DNA of 64,000 nucleotides from an uncultured Proteiniphilum sp. (GCA_964384545.1 CAYLKV010000009.1:13619-77618); one strand, 5' to 3'. Shown: positions 40,812 through 50,800, counted from the first letter of the stretch. The notes: generated from the letters alone by a model not told the origin. Made by a program: numbers and translations.

Positions 40812-42117
40812 TATATTCTTTTTTAAACAAAAGTTGTTGTAGTCGAACATATCTTATATCAAATATTCCACGCGCCCAAATTGTAATCTCTTTATCTGTC
40901 ATGTTCCTGAATGAGTAGGAATAACATATACCTAGCATCATCATAAGCATGAAATAGTTAAGTGAAAAGTTATTTACATCTTCAACCCATGAGTATAACC
41001 AACGAAATGCGACATAGACACCCAACATTTTTATATAGATATTTCGTGATTTATTTATAGCTAAGAAAGATGCACGATAAAATATAAGAAAGTATAAGAT
41101 AACCCCGACTAATCCTGTCCATGTGAAAACATTTGCAACACCAATCTCATTTTCAAGACGCTCGTACCTGCCGGTAATTTCTGCAGCTAGAACCCCAAAT
41201 GTATCGGAATCATTACCTCTTGCTGGAGTACGCCCCAGAAGCCAGTAATTATTGTTGATTGCCGATTCCAACACCTCTACATAAATGAATGTGCGAGTAT
41301 CTACAATAATATTTTGCTCAACCATATTTCCATCACTATCTACCCCTACCGAAGTTACTTCTCCCTTAATATATTCGTTTGTATTGAAAACATTGAAAAT
41401 TCCACTTACACCAAGTATTAGAAACAGTAGTGGCATAACAAACAGTGAAATACGCACTGTTTCTAATAACTTTGCAGGCATTTTTTCTCTGAATCCGTAA
41501 ATCAACAGTATGAAAAAAGGAAGACAAAATTTGATAACATTACTTCTTGCACCCAAATCGGCAACTAAAACTACTGCAGAAGCAATCAATAAAATTATTT
41601 TTTGTGTTCTGGTTAAAACAGGTAAGAATAAAAGCATAAAACTGATGGGGATTAGGTAAAAACCAAAAGCATCGGTTCTAATGATAATACCTACCAGAAT
41701 GAAAAGTGGCAATGCATATTTTAAATAAGAAGCGAGCAGCGACTGCACCACCATCTTATTGGTTGCGGAGAAAATTACAATTGGCATTAACAAAGCCATA
41801 GTATTTCCGATCAATCCCTTCCAATCCCAATATATTTCGGCAACAAACATTCCTCTAACAATACACATTATATTCCATAAAATGTATATCCATACAGCCA
41901 TCAGATTATCTGAATTACGTTTATCGAAGAAATAGTTTCTCGACATGAAAAAGCCGATAAGAATGAATGCTGATACACCCCACCATAAAAAGGTGTTATC
42001 TAATAACATAGCCATGGGCACACCCGGTTTAATATAGGGTATTATTGAATATATTGCCAACAAAAGAATAAAAGTTGGAATAAAGTGGCTAATTATATGT
42101 TTATTTAAAGTGTTCAT
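40759..42117 (-). CDS. Polytopic membrane protein, candidate O-antigen/repeat-unit polymerase (Wzy-like)
   Basis: 452 aa, at least 10 predicted TM helices with one larger loop. Sits between GTs and next to wzx. No sequence motif is diagnostic. Confidence 0.55.
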   Translation of the reverse strand: MNTLNKHIISHFIPTFILLLAIYSIIPYIKPGVPMAMLLDNTFLWWGVSAFILIGFFMSRNYFFDKRNSDNLMAVWIYILWNIMCIVRGMFVAEIYWDWKGLIGNTMALLMPIVIFSATNKMVVQSLLASYLKYALPLFILVGIIIRTDAFGFYLIPISFMLLFLPVLTRTQKIILLIASAVVLVADLGARSNVIKFCLPFFILLIYGFREKMPAKLLETVRISLFVMPLLFLILGVSGIFNVFNTNEYIKGEVTSVGVDSDGNMVEQNIIVDTRTFIYVEVLESAINNNYWLLGRTPARGNDSDTFGVLAAEITGRYERLENEIGVANVFTWTGLVGVILYFLIFYRASFLAINKSRNIYIKMLGVYVAFRWLYSWVEDVNNFSLNYFMLMMMLGICYSYSFRNMTDKEITIWARGIFDIRYVRLQQLLFKKEYNEKRKYSSLADMPQQEK

Positions 42118-42135
42118 TTTCTATTTATTGTTGTT

Positions 42136-43053
42136 TTAATATGTTTTCATACCATTAAATTTCATATACCAATAGAGGAGGCTAAACTTCCTTAATATAA
42201 AATCGCCTCTAAGACCGAAAATACCTTTGTATTTAAACCTCAGCCAACTTTCGTAATATACCGAAAGGTCTAGAAGATTAAATTTATTAAGGTGAATAGA
42301 TCTGTATTTCTTAAAAACTTGAAAGGCCTCTTTCTCTCGTTTTTCATTCATCTCAACACTTCTTGATATAGAATTCCGATGTATACGGTAAGCTACAGTT
42401 GGAGTTTTCATGTAATACATTTTATAGCCAAGAGATAAAACTCTAATAACCAAAGTAGTATCTTCATATATCTTAAAATCCTCGTCGCAATAGCCAACTT
42501 TCTCTAAGACATCGGCCATACAAAAAAATGTTGGCACATTCAAAAATACAGGCCATCTTGTATATGCTTTAAGTTGTTTCTTTGCCGAGTTCAAGCGTGA
42601 AATATATACCACTCCTTCATTTAGGACCTCTTCCCTTATTAATTTGCCATCTTCATCTATCTCGTTGACATCAGAAACCAGAAAGCAGCAATCAGTAAAT
42701 TTCTCTACAAATTGCATATTGTCGTTTATACAATTATTCAGCAGAATGTCATCTCCTGAAATTGTTTTAATCCATTGTCCTGTCACAGCTCGAAGACCTC
42801 TATTACAATTAGCCGGAATTCCGGTATTCTGAGGCACAGTAAGAAGTTTAGCATTATAGAATCGATCTTGATTTTCATTTAACCAATTAGAGCAAATTGA
42901 AATAGTTTCATCTGTAGATCCATCATCACTTACAATCAGTTCAATATTATTCCATGTCTGATTCTTCACACTCTCAAGTGTATCTAATACATATCTAGCA
43001 CTGTTATAAGTGATGAGTACAATTGAAACTATAGGGTTTTCTTTTACATTCAT
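42136..43053 (-). CDS. Glycosyltransferase family 2
   Basis: VSIVLITYNSARYVLDTLESVKNQTW.NIELIVSDDGSTDET...SGDDIL. Confidence 0.85.
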   Translation of the reverse strand: MNVKENPIVSIVLITYNSARYVLDTLESVKNQTWNNIELIVSDDGSTDETISICSNWLNENQDRFYNAKLLTVPQNTGIPANCNRGLRAVTGQWIKTISGDDILLNNCINDNMQFVEKFTDCCFLVSDVNEIDEDGKLIREEVLNEGVVYISRLNSAKKQLKAYTRWPVFLNVPTFFCMADVLEKVGYCDEDFKIYEDTTLVIRVLSLGYKMYYMKTPTVAYRIHRNSISRSVEMNEKREKEAFQVFKKYRSIHLNKFNLLDLSVYYESWLRFKYKGIFGLRGDFILRKFSLLYWYMKFNGMKTY

Positions 43054-43058
43054 AACAT

Positions 43059-44546
43059 TTACTTTTTCTTTAATTTTTGTATACCAGTTTGTATAATCTC
43101 ACGGATACCAATTCTTTTTTCAAGCTCTTGGTAAGAATACCATCCCGAGATAATTATCAGCAAAATACCTATCAGATAAAAATATGGTTGCTTTATAAAA
43201 TTTACAGCAGCAAAACATAAAGTTGCAAGTGAGAATTGAATTAAGAATAATGTGATCAGTGATGGGTTAAACGAGAAATTATATTTAACCTTTGCTATCA
43301 CATATACCTGTAAGAAATAGAGTGCATAGCTTGCACAGAAAGCTATACCCAGTCCGGTTAGACCTCCCAATTTATATCCCAATAGGCTTAAAATAAGACC
43401 TTGAATACTTCCTCCTAGCTCATTCCAAAAAAACAACTTACTTGCTCCTTTAGCCAGGAAAACAAATGCAATAGCCCAACTAAAGGCTTTAAAGAAGATA
43501 CCCATTGTTGCCCAATAAACCATGTGAGTGATTGATAGGAACTGATTGGAATATAGAAGGATAACTGCCCATTTCAGAAAAACTAAAAAAGTAATGAGTA
43601 TTGGGGCCAAAATAAGCAGTGCAATTTCTGATTGTTGGTTGATATTCTCTTTGCATTTTGAATTATCATGAGCCACAACTGACAAACGGGGATAGTAATC
43701 GGTCCCCATTGCAGTGAATACCATACCCACATATGTATTAATTATTGTAAACCCTGCACTATAGAAGCCAACATCTGCAACATCCCCCGTTCTATTTATA
43801 AAAATTCGAATTACATATGCTACTATCACAGAAACCAGTCCGCTCATACTTATCATAAACCCCATAATGAGCATATTCTTACTCTCTGTTAAGGATGTTG
43901 AAAGAGATAATTTTCTTATTGAGGCTCTATATTTACGAGAAAAAAGCCATGTGAAATATAGGGCTGAGGCTGCTGTAATAATAATAACAGGAACGATTCC
44001 TTCAACTCCAAACTTATAATATAGAGGAACACAAACAGCCAGTCCTGCCAGACTACCATAAACATTTGCTTTTGCAAGTTGCTGTAATTTGCGTAATCCT
44101 TGCAATATAACAAGTTCTCCAGTACTTAATTGATTCAGCAACAGAGTGATTGATAACCAGATAAATGCTAATGTATAATCTTTATTACCAAAAGTAAATT
44201 GACTTAACATTGAAGAGAAAACAAGAGTAACAAGGGTACCAAATAATCCTGTTATCCACACTAAGCGTCTTACAATAGATATTACTGTATAAAGTCGTTC
44301 TTGGTTTTCACTAGAATTTTCTTCAGATATATTCTTAACGGCACTTGTTCCAAGTCCAAAGTTGGTTAGACTTGCTACCAATCCAGTGGTTGCTGTTAAT
44401 AAGCCTACTACCCCCATACCGGCAGGTCCAAGTAAAATTGCAACGAACTTTGAACGGATTACAGATATTATTATTTGAAAAAACTGTACTCCTCCAAAAA
44501 GAGATGTTGCTTTTACTATCTGACGATATGAGCTTTTCTGTTCCAT
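43059..44546 (-). CDS. wzx: Oligosaccharide flippase (Wzx, MOP superfamily polysaccharide biosynthesis protein)
   Basis: 495 aa, about 12-14 TM. N-terminal SLFGGVQFFQIIISVIRSKFVAILLGPAGMG is typical of PST-family flippases. Confidence 0.8.
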   Translation of the reverse strand: MEQKSSYRQIVKATSLFGGVQFFQIIISVIRSKFVAILLGPAGMGVVGLLTATTGLVASLTNFGLGTSAVKNISEENSSENQERLYTVISIVRRLVWITGLFGTLVTLVFSSMLSQFTFGNKDYTLAFIWLSITLLLNQLSTGELVILQGLRKLQQLAKANVYGSLAGLAVCVPLYYKFGVEGIVPVIIITAASALYFTWLFSRKYRASIRKLSLSTSLTESKNMLIMGFMISMSGLVSVIVAYVIRIFINRTGDVADVGFYSAGFTIINTYVGMVFTAMGTDYYPRLSVVAHDNSKCKENINQQSEIALLILAPILITFLVFLKWAVILLYSNQFLSITHMVYWATMGIFFKAFSWAIAFVFLAKGASKLFFWNELGGSIQGLILSLLGYKLGGLTGLGIAFCASYALYFLQVYVIAKVKYNFSFNPSLITLFLIQFSLATLCFAAVNFIKQPYFYLIGILLIIISGWYSYQELEKRIGIREIIQTGIQKLKKK

Positions 44547-44586
44547 TAATTACTTTTGTTATTCATTTAAATCTGAGCAAATTTCT

Positions 44587-45687
44587 CTATTTAAAACTAT
44601 TCAATATTTCAACTACAATAGATGCCTCTTCATATGTAATCACCTGACTTATAGGCAAACTAATCACCTCATCATGAATCTTTTCTGTTATAGGCAGAGT
44701 TTTGTTATTCATGTAATTATATGCTTTTTGTTTATGTGGAGGTACCGGATAATGAATAAGAGCCTGAACTCCATTTTCATTTAAGTACATCAGAAGTTCA
44801 TCGCGGCGATCTGTTCTTATTACAAAAAGATGAAATACATTTGCATTCCAGTCATCCACAGTAGGTAATATTACATCCGGATGTGTTATATTATTAATGT
44901 AGAATTTTGCAACATCTTTTCTTCGTTCATTATCTTGGTTAAGCTTAGAAAGCTTTACTCTTAAAATGGCTGCCTGAATTTCATCTAGCCTGCTGTTATA
45001 ACCCTGATAATCGAAAATATACTTTATTTTTGATCCATAATTTGCCAGTGATCTGATAGTATCTGCAAGTAAATCGTTGTTTGTTGTAACAGCACCTCCA
45101 TCACCTAATGCACCTAAATTCTTACCTGGATAAAAGCTGTGTCCTGCAGCATCTCCAATTGATCCTGTAACTCTATTATTATATTTACAACCTGTTGCTT
45201 GCGCATTATCTTCAATCAGATTCAGGTTATACTTCTTACATATTTGTCCAATATTTTCAGTATAAGCACACTGTCCGTAAAGGTGTACTATCATTACACC
45301 CTTTGTTTTTGAACTTATAGCAGCTTCTATTTTTTTATCATCAATCTGATAAGTTGTTATATCCGGCTCAACTAAAACAGGCACCAATCTATTATCAGTA
45401 ATTGCAATAATTGATGCGATGAAAGTATTTGCAGGAACTATAATCTCGTCACCCTCTTTCATTATACCCAATTCAATATATGCTCTGAGTATTAATCGAA
45501 GTGCATCTAATCCATTTGCTACACCCACACAATGAGTAGTTCCTATAAAATTTGCATATTCTTTTTCGAATGCCTTTACCTCTTCACCAAGTAAATACCA
45601 ACCCGAATCAATTACACGTGAAGCAGCTCTATGTATTTCGAAACTATACAGATTAGTTATTTTATGTATATCTAGAAATTTGATCAT
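44587..45687 (-). CDS. DegT/DnrJ/EryC1/StrS-family PLP sugar aminotransferase (FdtB/QdtB/WecE-like)
   Basis: 366 aa. ...[10 protein letters not shown]...HLYGQ...DNAQATG...[19 protein letters not shown] (PLP lysine region). Confidence 0.88.
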   Translation of the reverse strand: MIKFLDIHKITNLYSFEIHRAASRVIDSGWYLLGEEVKAFEKEYANFIGTTHCVGVANGLDALRLILRAYIELGIMKEGDEIIVPANTFIASIIAITDNRLVPVLVEPDITTYQIDDKKIEAAISSKTKGVMIVHLYGQCAYTENIGQICKKYNLNLIEDNAQATGCKYNNRVTGSIGDAAGHSFYPGKNLGALGDGGAVTTNNDLLADTIRSLANYGSKIKYIFDYQGYNSRLDEIQAAILRVKLSKLNQDNERRKDVAKFYINNITHPDVILPTVDDWNANVFHLFVIRTDRRDELLMYLNENGVQALIHYPVPPHKQKAYNYMNNKTLPITEKIHDEVISLPISQVITYEEASIVVEILNSFK

Positions 45688-45688
45688 T

Positions 45689-46219
45689 TTATCTGTCGAG
45701 TTTTAAATCATGAAAATTTCCTTTCTTATCTTTCATATTCATATCCAGAATCACTCCATCATTAGTTATATATCCTCTATGTTTTGCCGGATTTCCATAA
45801 TACAAATTATTGTTAGGTATATCTGTAGTAACTACACTACCTGCACCAATAAATGCATACTCACCAATTGTAATTCCTGGAAGTATAGTTGAATTAGCAC
45901 CTATTGTAGCACCTCTTTTTACAAGGGTCTTTTTCAAATTAGCTGTATTATACCTTTTGGATCTTGGAATGAGTTCATTTGTAAATGTTGTATTAGGTCC
46001 AATAAAAACATCATTCTCAATTGTTATTCCATCCCATATTTGAACTCCATTTTTTATTGTAACATTATCTCCAATAACTACATCATTTTCAATAAAAACA
46101 TGAGAACACAAATTACAGTTACGTCCAATCTTTACCCCCGGCAGAATTACACAGTACTGCCATATAGAAGTATCATCACTTATGTTGACACTTAATACTT
46201 CAGAATTAGGGTGTATCAT
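45689..46219 (-). CDS. Left-handed beta-helix (hexapeptide) sugar N-acetyltransferase (FdtC/QdtC-like)
   Basis: 176 aa of hexapeptide repeats (IGRNCNL, IGDNVTI, IGPNTTF, IGANSTI, IGAGSVV). 4-nt overlap with the upstream cupin gene. Confidence 0.8.
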   Translation of the reverse strand: MIHPNSEVLSVNISDDTSIWQYCVILPGVKIGRNCNLCSHVFIENDVVIGDNVTIKNGVQIWDGITIENDVFIGPNTTFTNELIPRSKRYNTANLKKTLVKRGATIGANSTILPGITIGEYAFIGAGSVVTTDIPNNNLYYGNPAKHRGYITNDGVILDMNMKDKKGNFHDLKLDR

Positions 46220-46632
46220 AAAAGTTTATATTCTTTAAATTTTTTATAATCTCTTATATAATCTTCTTCTGAATACGGTGTTGAAGCTAACACTAAGCAC
46301 ACTGAACCGGAAGAAAAGTTATCGAGCTCTCTCCAGATACCAGGAACAACTAATAATCCTCTATATGGGCGATTAATTGTGAAGGTTCTTTTCTGTTGAC
46401 CATCATCAATTGTAACATCGAAGCTACCACTTGCAGCCACTATAAACTGTTGCAACTCCTTATGAGCATGACCTCCACGAGATTCACCCCCTGGAACATC
46501 ATATAAATAATATACACGCTTTATATCGAAAGGGATTGTTTTGCTATTTTCTACCACACTTATATTTCCCTTTTCATTGTGATGCTTATCAATTTCAAGC
46601 ATCGTACAATCATAAATATTTGTTTTCTTCAT
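46216..46632 (-). CDS. WxcM/FdtA-like cupin, putative dTDP-4-keto-6-deoxyhexose 3,4-isomerase (copy 1, HAH motif)
   Basis: 138 aa. [27 protein letters not shown]... is the canonical FdtA/QdtA pattern. Confidence 0.8.
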   Translation of the reverse strand: MKKTNIYDCTMLEIDKHHNEKGNISVVENSKTIPFDIKRVYYLYDVPGGESRGGHAHKELQQFIVAASGSFDVTIDDGQQKRTFTINRPYRGLLVVPGIWRELDNFSSGSVCLVLASTPYSEEDYIRDYKKFKEYKLL

Positions 46633-46664
46633 ACGCGCATTTTCGACCTAAATATTTAAAAGAC

Positions 46665-47084
46665 TCAGTTAGATAATCTCTCAGTAGATAACTCTTTAAA
46701 GAGTTCATAATCGTATATATAATCACCAGGATCGTATGGAATTGAAGCTACAATAAGTGCTAATGAGTTGGTAGAAAAGTTAACCATCTGTCTCCAGACT
46801 CCTTTTGGCACATATAAACCATAATATGATCTATTTAATGAGAAGGTTTTTCGCACTAATCCATCATCCAACATCACATCAAAACTGCCAGAAAGTGCTA
46901 TAATAAACTCTTCGTTGTTAAGGTAAGCATGTCCGCCTCTCACCTCACCACCGGGAACATCATATATCCAATAAGTTCTTTTAATCTCGAATGGAATGTT
47001 AGTAATCTCTTCTACAACTGAAAGATTACCTCTGCGGTCTAAATTCTTAGGCAGTTGAATAATTATTGCGTCATTGAGCTTCAT
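46665..47084 (-). CDS. Second WxcM/FdtA-like cupin (copy 2, HAY variant)
   Basis: 139 aa. PFEIKRTYWIYDVPGGEVRGGHAYLNNEEF...; clear paralog of copy 1, with the second motif histidine replaced by tyrosine. Confidence 0.75.
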   Translation of the reverse strand: MKLNDAIIIQLPKNLDRRGNLSVVEEITNIPFEIKRTYWIYDVPGGEVRGGHAYLNNEEFIIALSGSFDVMLDDGLVRKTFSLNRSYYGLYVPKGVWRQMVNFSTNSLALIVASIPYDPGDYIYDYELFKELSTERLSN

Positions 47085-47179
47085 CGCAAAACATAAATTA
47101 TATTAAACATTAATTTCTTTATCAAAATTGCTTATAATCAGCACTCAAGCTGTGAACTAAGGCTGATAATCTTCATTTA

Positions 47180-49549
47180 CTATGAGTAACCGTAACCATA
47201 CTTTTTACCCAATCCGTAGCGATATTCAGTACTGTTAAGATCTACATAGTTGAGTATAAAATACATTTTTTTAAGCCTGTTTTCTTTAAAATATTGATCA
47301 GCATTCTCTACAAGCTTTTTAGGAGTATACCCTACCCTTGCAACATATAGATTCACATCAGTCAAACGATTCAATAAAAAGCTATCTGAAACTAATCCAA
47401 CAGGTGGTGTATCAATAAGTACATAATCATACTCTTGTCTCATCTCGTTAATCAAATCATCCAATATTGGTTTAGCCAGTAACTCATTAGGGTTTGGGGG
47501 AATTGCACCTGCTGTGATAATAGATAAATTTGGATGTAAACCTGATGGATTCACCAATTCACTTTTATCGAGATGTCCAGAGAGATAGAGAGTAATACCT
47601 TGCTTATTATTAAGGTTCAACTCATTAGCAAGCTTAGGTTTTCTAATATCCAGTTCAACTATAAGTACTTTCTTGTCGAGAATTGCAAGGCTCATTGCTA
47701 AATTCAGCAGTACAAATGATTTTCCTTCTCCACTAATACTCGACAGCATATTGATAACTTTATTCTCCTTACCATCAATAACAAAAAGAAGATTAGCACG
47801 TAATAATCGCATCATTTCATTAAAACTATCGTTTGCACCTTCTTTTACAGCGACAACTTCTGTCTGAACTGTTTTAGGTATTTCACCAAGAATCGCTATA
47901 GAAGAGATATCTTCCAAATCTTCTTTTGTATCTATCTGATAACGTAGTAGATCTCTAACCTTAATTCCTATAAATGGAATAACCATACCCATAATCATCG
48001 CTATGAGCAAGATTAGAATATTATTAGGCCAGGCTACACCCATTACATGAATATTATCTATCATCCTAGAGTTAGGCTCTACTGAAGTCATATTCATATA
48101 GCGCTCCTCCTTCTTCTGCAAAAGATATAGAAACAGATCTTCCTTAATATTCTGCTGACGTTTAAGATCTGAGAAAGCGCGCTCCTGTTGTGGAATTGCC
48201 CATATTTTTGCACTGTTTCGCGAATATTCAGAATTGATATCCCTTAACTGAATCTCAAGACTATTTTTCTCGTTACGAAGACCTGAAACCACAGAATTAA
48301 AGGTGGTCTCCAACTGGCTGTTAAGATTAATCATAGATTGATTACTGCTTGAAGCAATTCTCGCTAACTTATTTCTATCTATCACCAGATTGTTGTAGGT
48401 AGTAATCTGATCATTCAATACCATGCTTTTAATACCTGAACTGGCAGGTATTGCCTGATATATTCCATTTTGTTCTACAATACGTAATAGGTCTGAAACG
48501 ATAGAGTATTGCGACTCAACATCCATTTTAATCTGACTTATACTTGCTAGCTGTGAATTATATAGATCTGCTTGAGATGCAATATTTGTTAATCCACGCG
48601 ATTGCCTAAAATCTTGCGTTTGATTCTCTACTTCCGAGAGTTCATTACTTAGATTAGCAAGATGATTTTCAATTACCTGAGATGTTTTAGCAGCTATTTC
48701 ACTTTGATCTCTAATACCATTTTCGTTATATGTTTCAATATAGTTATCCAGGAAATCCTTTCCCAAATCAATATTGTATGCTTTTAATTTGATGTCTGCA
48801 ACTGAAGATGTCTTTGAAGTAAGCTCTATATCCAGATTATCGAGATAACTATTTGCAACATCACGAGGATGGTTAATTTCAACCCTGATCTTCGATCTGT
48901 TCTTAAGAGTAACATTACCTCTGTTAAGAATTACATCTCCAAAAGGCAGCTTAACAAGCGTATCGTTAGGCGCAACTATAACATTAAATTTTTGTTTCTT
49001 ATATACTCCCGACAACATGTAGTTTTCTTTGCCTGTTTTCTCAATAAGGAGCCTAATAGGCTTTTCTATAATATTTAGACTGCCTTCCGAAAGTATCAGA
49101 TTAAGAGGGTTATCTTTTCCATAGAGAACTTCATACTTCCTGTGTGGTAAATTAATCCCATTTATATTAAGAGGGATAATAGGCTTAATTTCGATATAGT
49201 TGGCATACAACCCTAATTCACGAACAACACTTTCAACAATAAGCGATTTCTTTAATATCTCCACCTCATTATCTACATTACTCCTTCGTGTTACAACTCC
49301 CATATCCTTAAACACATTCAACTCAGTGATTCCACCACCTCGCTGATCATCTCTAAATACTATAGATGTGGCAATATTGTAATTTGGTAATGTAAAGTAT
49401 ATATATATTATAGCAATAGATAGAAACAGTAAGATAGACACCACAAACCACTTCCAGAAAGAAAGATATTTAAGTAGTATTGGAGTCACATCTACCGGTT
49501 TTTCTATTAAAGCAATAAACTCTTCTTCTACATTAGAAAACTTGTTCAT
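47180..49549 (-). CDS. wzc: Polysaccharide co-polymerase / BY-kinase (Wzc/GumC-like tyrosine autokinase)
   Basis: 789 aa. Two TM helices flank a coiled-coil periplasmic domain. Walker A SISGEGKSFV, Walker B VLIDTPP, tyrosine-rich tail EYRYGLGKKYGYGYS. Confidence 0.88.
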   Translation of the reverse strand: MNKFSNVEEEFIALIEKPVDVTPILLKYLSFWKWFVVSILLFLSIAIIYIYFTLPNYNIATSIVFRDDQRGGGITELNVFKDMGVVTRRSNVDNEVEILKKSLIVESVVRELGLYANYIEIKPIIPLNINGINLPHRKYEVLYGKDNPLNLILSEGSLNIIEKPIRLLIEKTGKENYMLSGVYKKQKFNVIVAPNDTLVKLPFGDVILNRGNVTLKNRSKIRVEINHPRDVANSYLDNLDIELTSKTSSVADIKLKAYNIDLGKDFLDNYIETYNENGIRDQSEIAAKTSQVIENHLANLSNELSEVENQTQDFRQSRGLTNIASQADLYNSQLASISQIKMDVESQYSIVSDLLRIVEQNGIYQAIPASSGIKSMVLNDQITTYNNLVIDRNKLARIASSSNQSMINLNSQLETTFNSVVSGLRNEKNSLEIQLRDINSEYSRNSAKIWAIPQQERAFSDLKRQQNIKEDLFLYLLQKKEERYMNMTSVEPNSRMIDNIHVMGVAWPNNILILLIAMIMGMVIPFIGIKVRDLLRYQIDTKEDLEDISSIAILGEIPKTVQTEVVAVKEGANDSFNEMMRLLRANLLFVIDGKENKVINMLSSISGEGKSFVLLNLAMSLAILDKKVLIVELDIRKPKLANELNLNNKQGITLYLSGHLDKSELVNPSGLHPNLSIITAGAIPPNPNELLAKPILDDLINEMRQEYDYVLIDTPPVGLVSDSFLLNRLTDVNLYVARVGYTPKKLVENADQYFKENRLKKMYFILNYVDLNSTEYRYGLGKKYGYGYS

Positions 49550-49619
49550 ATTTTATATCCTTTATTATTATCTTGGATTAATGTCAATAATATTAGTTCT
49601 TTTAGTTGATTAGTATGAA

Positions 49620-50411
49620 TTATCGAGATATGCCAAATATCGTAGTAGCCATTGTTGCAAGCGATATCAATACGGTTAGAGTAGAAATTCGATATGTTTC
49701 AGCAGCGCCATACTTAGAAGAATTGGCTCTCGATTGGTTAGGTTCCACATAAACAACATCATTCTGCTCTAAAAAAAAACATGGTGATCTGAATACATTC
49801 TTATCATTGAAATTCAAAGTATATACTTGTCTTTCACCATTCGCATCCTCCCGTATCACCTTCACATTATCCCGCCTCCCATATATGGTCATATCGCCTG
49901 CCATTGATAATCCTTCTAATACGGTCATTCTTCCATTCTTTGTTTCATACTTACCAGGCCTCTGCACTTCTCCAAGAATATTTACTGCATAGTTCATTAT
50001 TCGTACAGTTATTATAGGCATCTCTTCAGTAAAATAGGGTTTAAGTTGCCCTTCAATTAACTTCTCCAGCTCATTTGTAGATAATCCCTTTACCTGAAGT
50101 GTACCCAAAGAAGGAAAATTAATAATACCTTCATCGTTCACCAAGTAGCTTTGAAGAATCGGTTGGCCCTGAATATACCCCATATCGACATCAATCTGTG
50201 GAGCTATAAGATTGAATCTGCTTGAAGCTTCCGGCTCACTGCTTACAACAGTAATAGAAAGGATATCTTTAGGTTTAATACGTGCACTATATTCTGCACG
50301 GGGCAATTCACTACTAGACTGACCTAATTGTTGAAAATAGGATATATCTTTCACCGGAGCGCACGAGGAAATTATAAGTATAATAACCCAGAAATTAAAC
50401 ACCTTTTTCAT
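49620..50411 (-). CDS. wza: Polysaccharide export outer-membrane lipoprotein (Wza-like; Poly_export + SLBB)
   Basis: 263 aa. Lipobox IISSCAP, ...YSARIKPKDILSITV...PEASSRFN and SLBB-like GEVQRPGKYE. First gene of the operon. Confidence 0.88.
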   Translation of the reverse strand: MKKVFNFWVIILIISSCAPVKDISYFQQLGQSSSELPRAEYSARIKPKDILSITVVSSEPEASSRFNLIAPQIDVDMGYIQGQPILQSYLVNDEGIINFPSLGTLQVKGLSTNELEKLIEGQLKPYFTEEMPIITVRIMNYAVNILGEVQRPGKYETKNGRMTVLEGLSMAGDMTIYGRRDNVKVIREDANGERQVYTLNFNDKNVFRSPCFFLEQNDVVYVEPNQSRANSSKYGAAETYRISTLTVLISLATMATTIFGISR

Positions 50412-50543
50412 ATTAACAAATTTTCAATTTATGCATGTATATACGAAAAGCTAGAACTCATATTATACAATACAGTTAAGAATTACGCTATGATTTTAAG
50501 TACGAGATATTACAAAAATTACAATTTGTAGCACCTTTATTTT

Positions 50544-50562
50544 CTTAACTAATTTAGTTAAG
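50544..50562. promoter_or_regulatory. Perfect 19-nt palindrome CTTAACTAATTTAGTTAAG, candidate operator at the polysaccharide operon promoter
   Basis: Half sites TTAACTAA / TTAGTTAA separated by 1 nt. Lies immediately downstream (minus-strand sense) of the -7 box at 50568-50575. The same half sites and spacing recur at 55492-55508. Confidence 0.5.
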
Positions 50563-50567
50563 TGTCG

Positions 50568-50575
50568 CAAATATA
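50568..50575 (-). promoter_or_regulatory. -7 promoter box TATATTTG for the wza-led operon
   Basis: Minus-strand TAnnTTTG match about 157 nt upstream of the wza ATG (50411). Confidence 0.45.
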
Positions 50576-50619
50576 TGTTGCTGATATTCTATTTATACAA
50601 TATTTTTCCTTACATATTA

Positions 50620-50646
50620 TTACAGAAAAATCTAATTTTTCTGTAA
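50620..50646. promoter_or_regulatory. Perfect 12-bp inverted repeat TTACAGAAAAAT-cta-ATTTTTCTGTAA
   Basis: Read directly. Located upstream (minus-strand sense) of the predicted wza promoter, inside the 604-bp divergent intergenic region. Confidence 0.35.
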
Positions 50647-50800
50647 GATTGTTTCTATGATTAAGTTTGAACGATATCTGTTTTTAAAATCATTCTAAAT
50701 AATTAGAACTTTGTAGTTAACACATTTTAATTCTTTATAATTTGAACAAAATCCTTACTAATTGATTGTTTGATAGTTGAGTTTTAAGAAATTTATATGT

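Noticed and set aside
49771-49779. A9 homopolymer (T9 on the coding strand) inside wza, as a possible slipped-strand phase-variation switch for the export operon.
   Set aside because: An identical-length A9 tract sits inside the housekeeping LptF/G-family gene (17188-17196). Such tracts are therefore expected background in this AT-rich genome.
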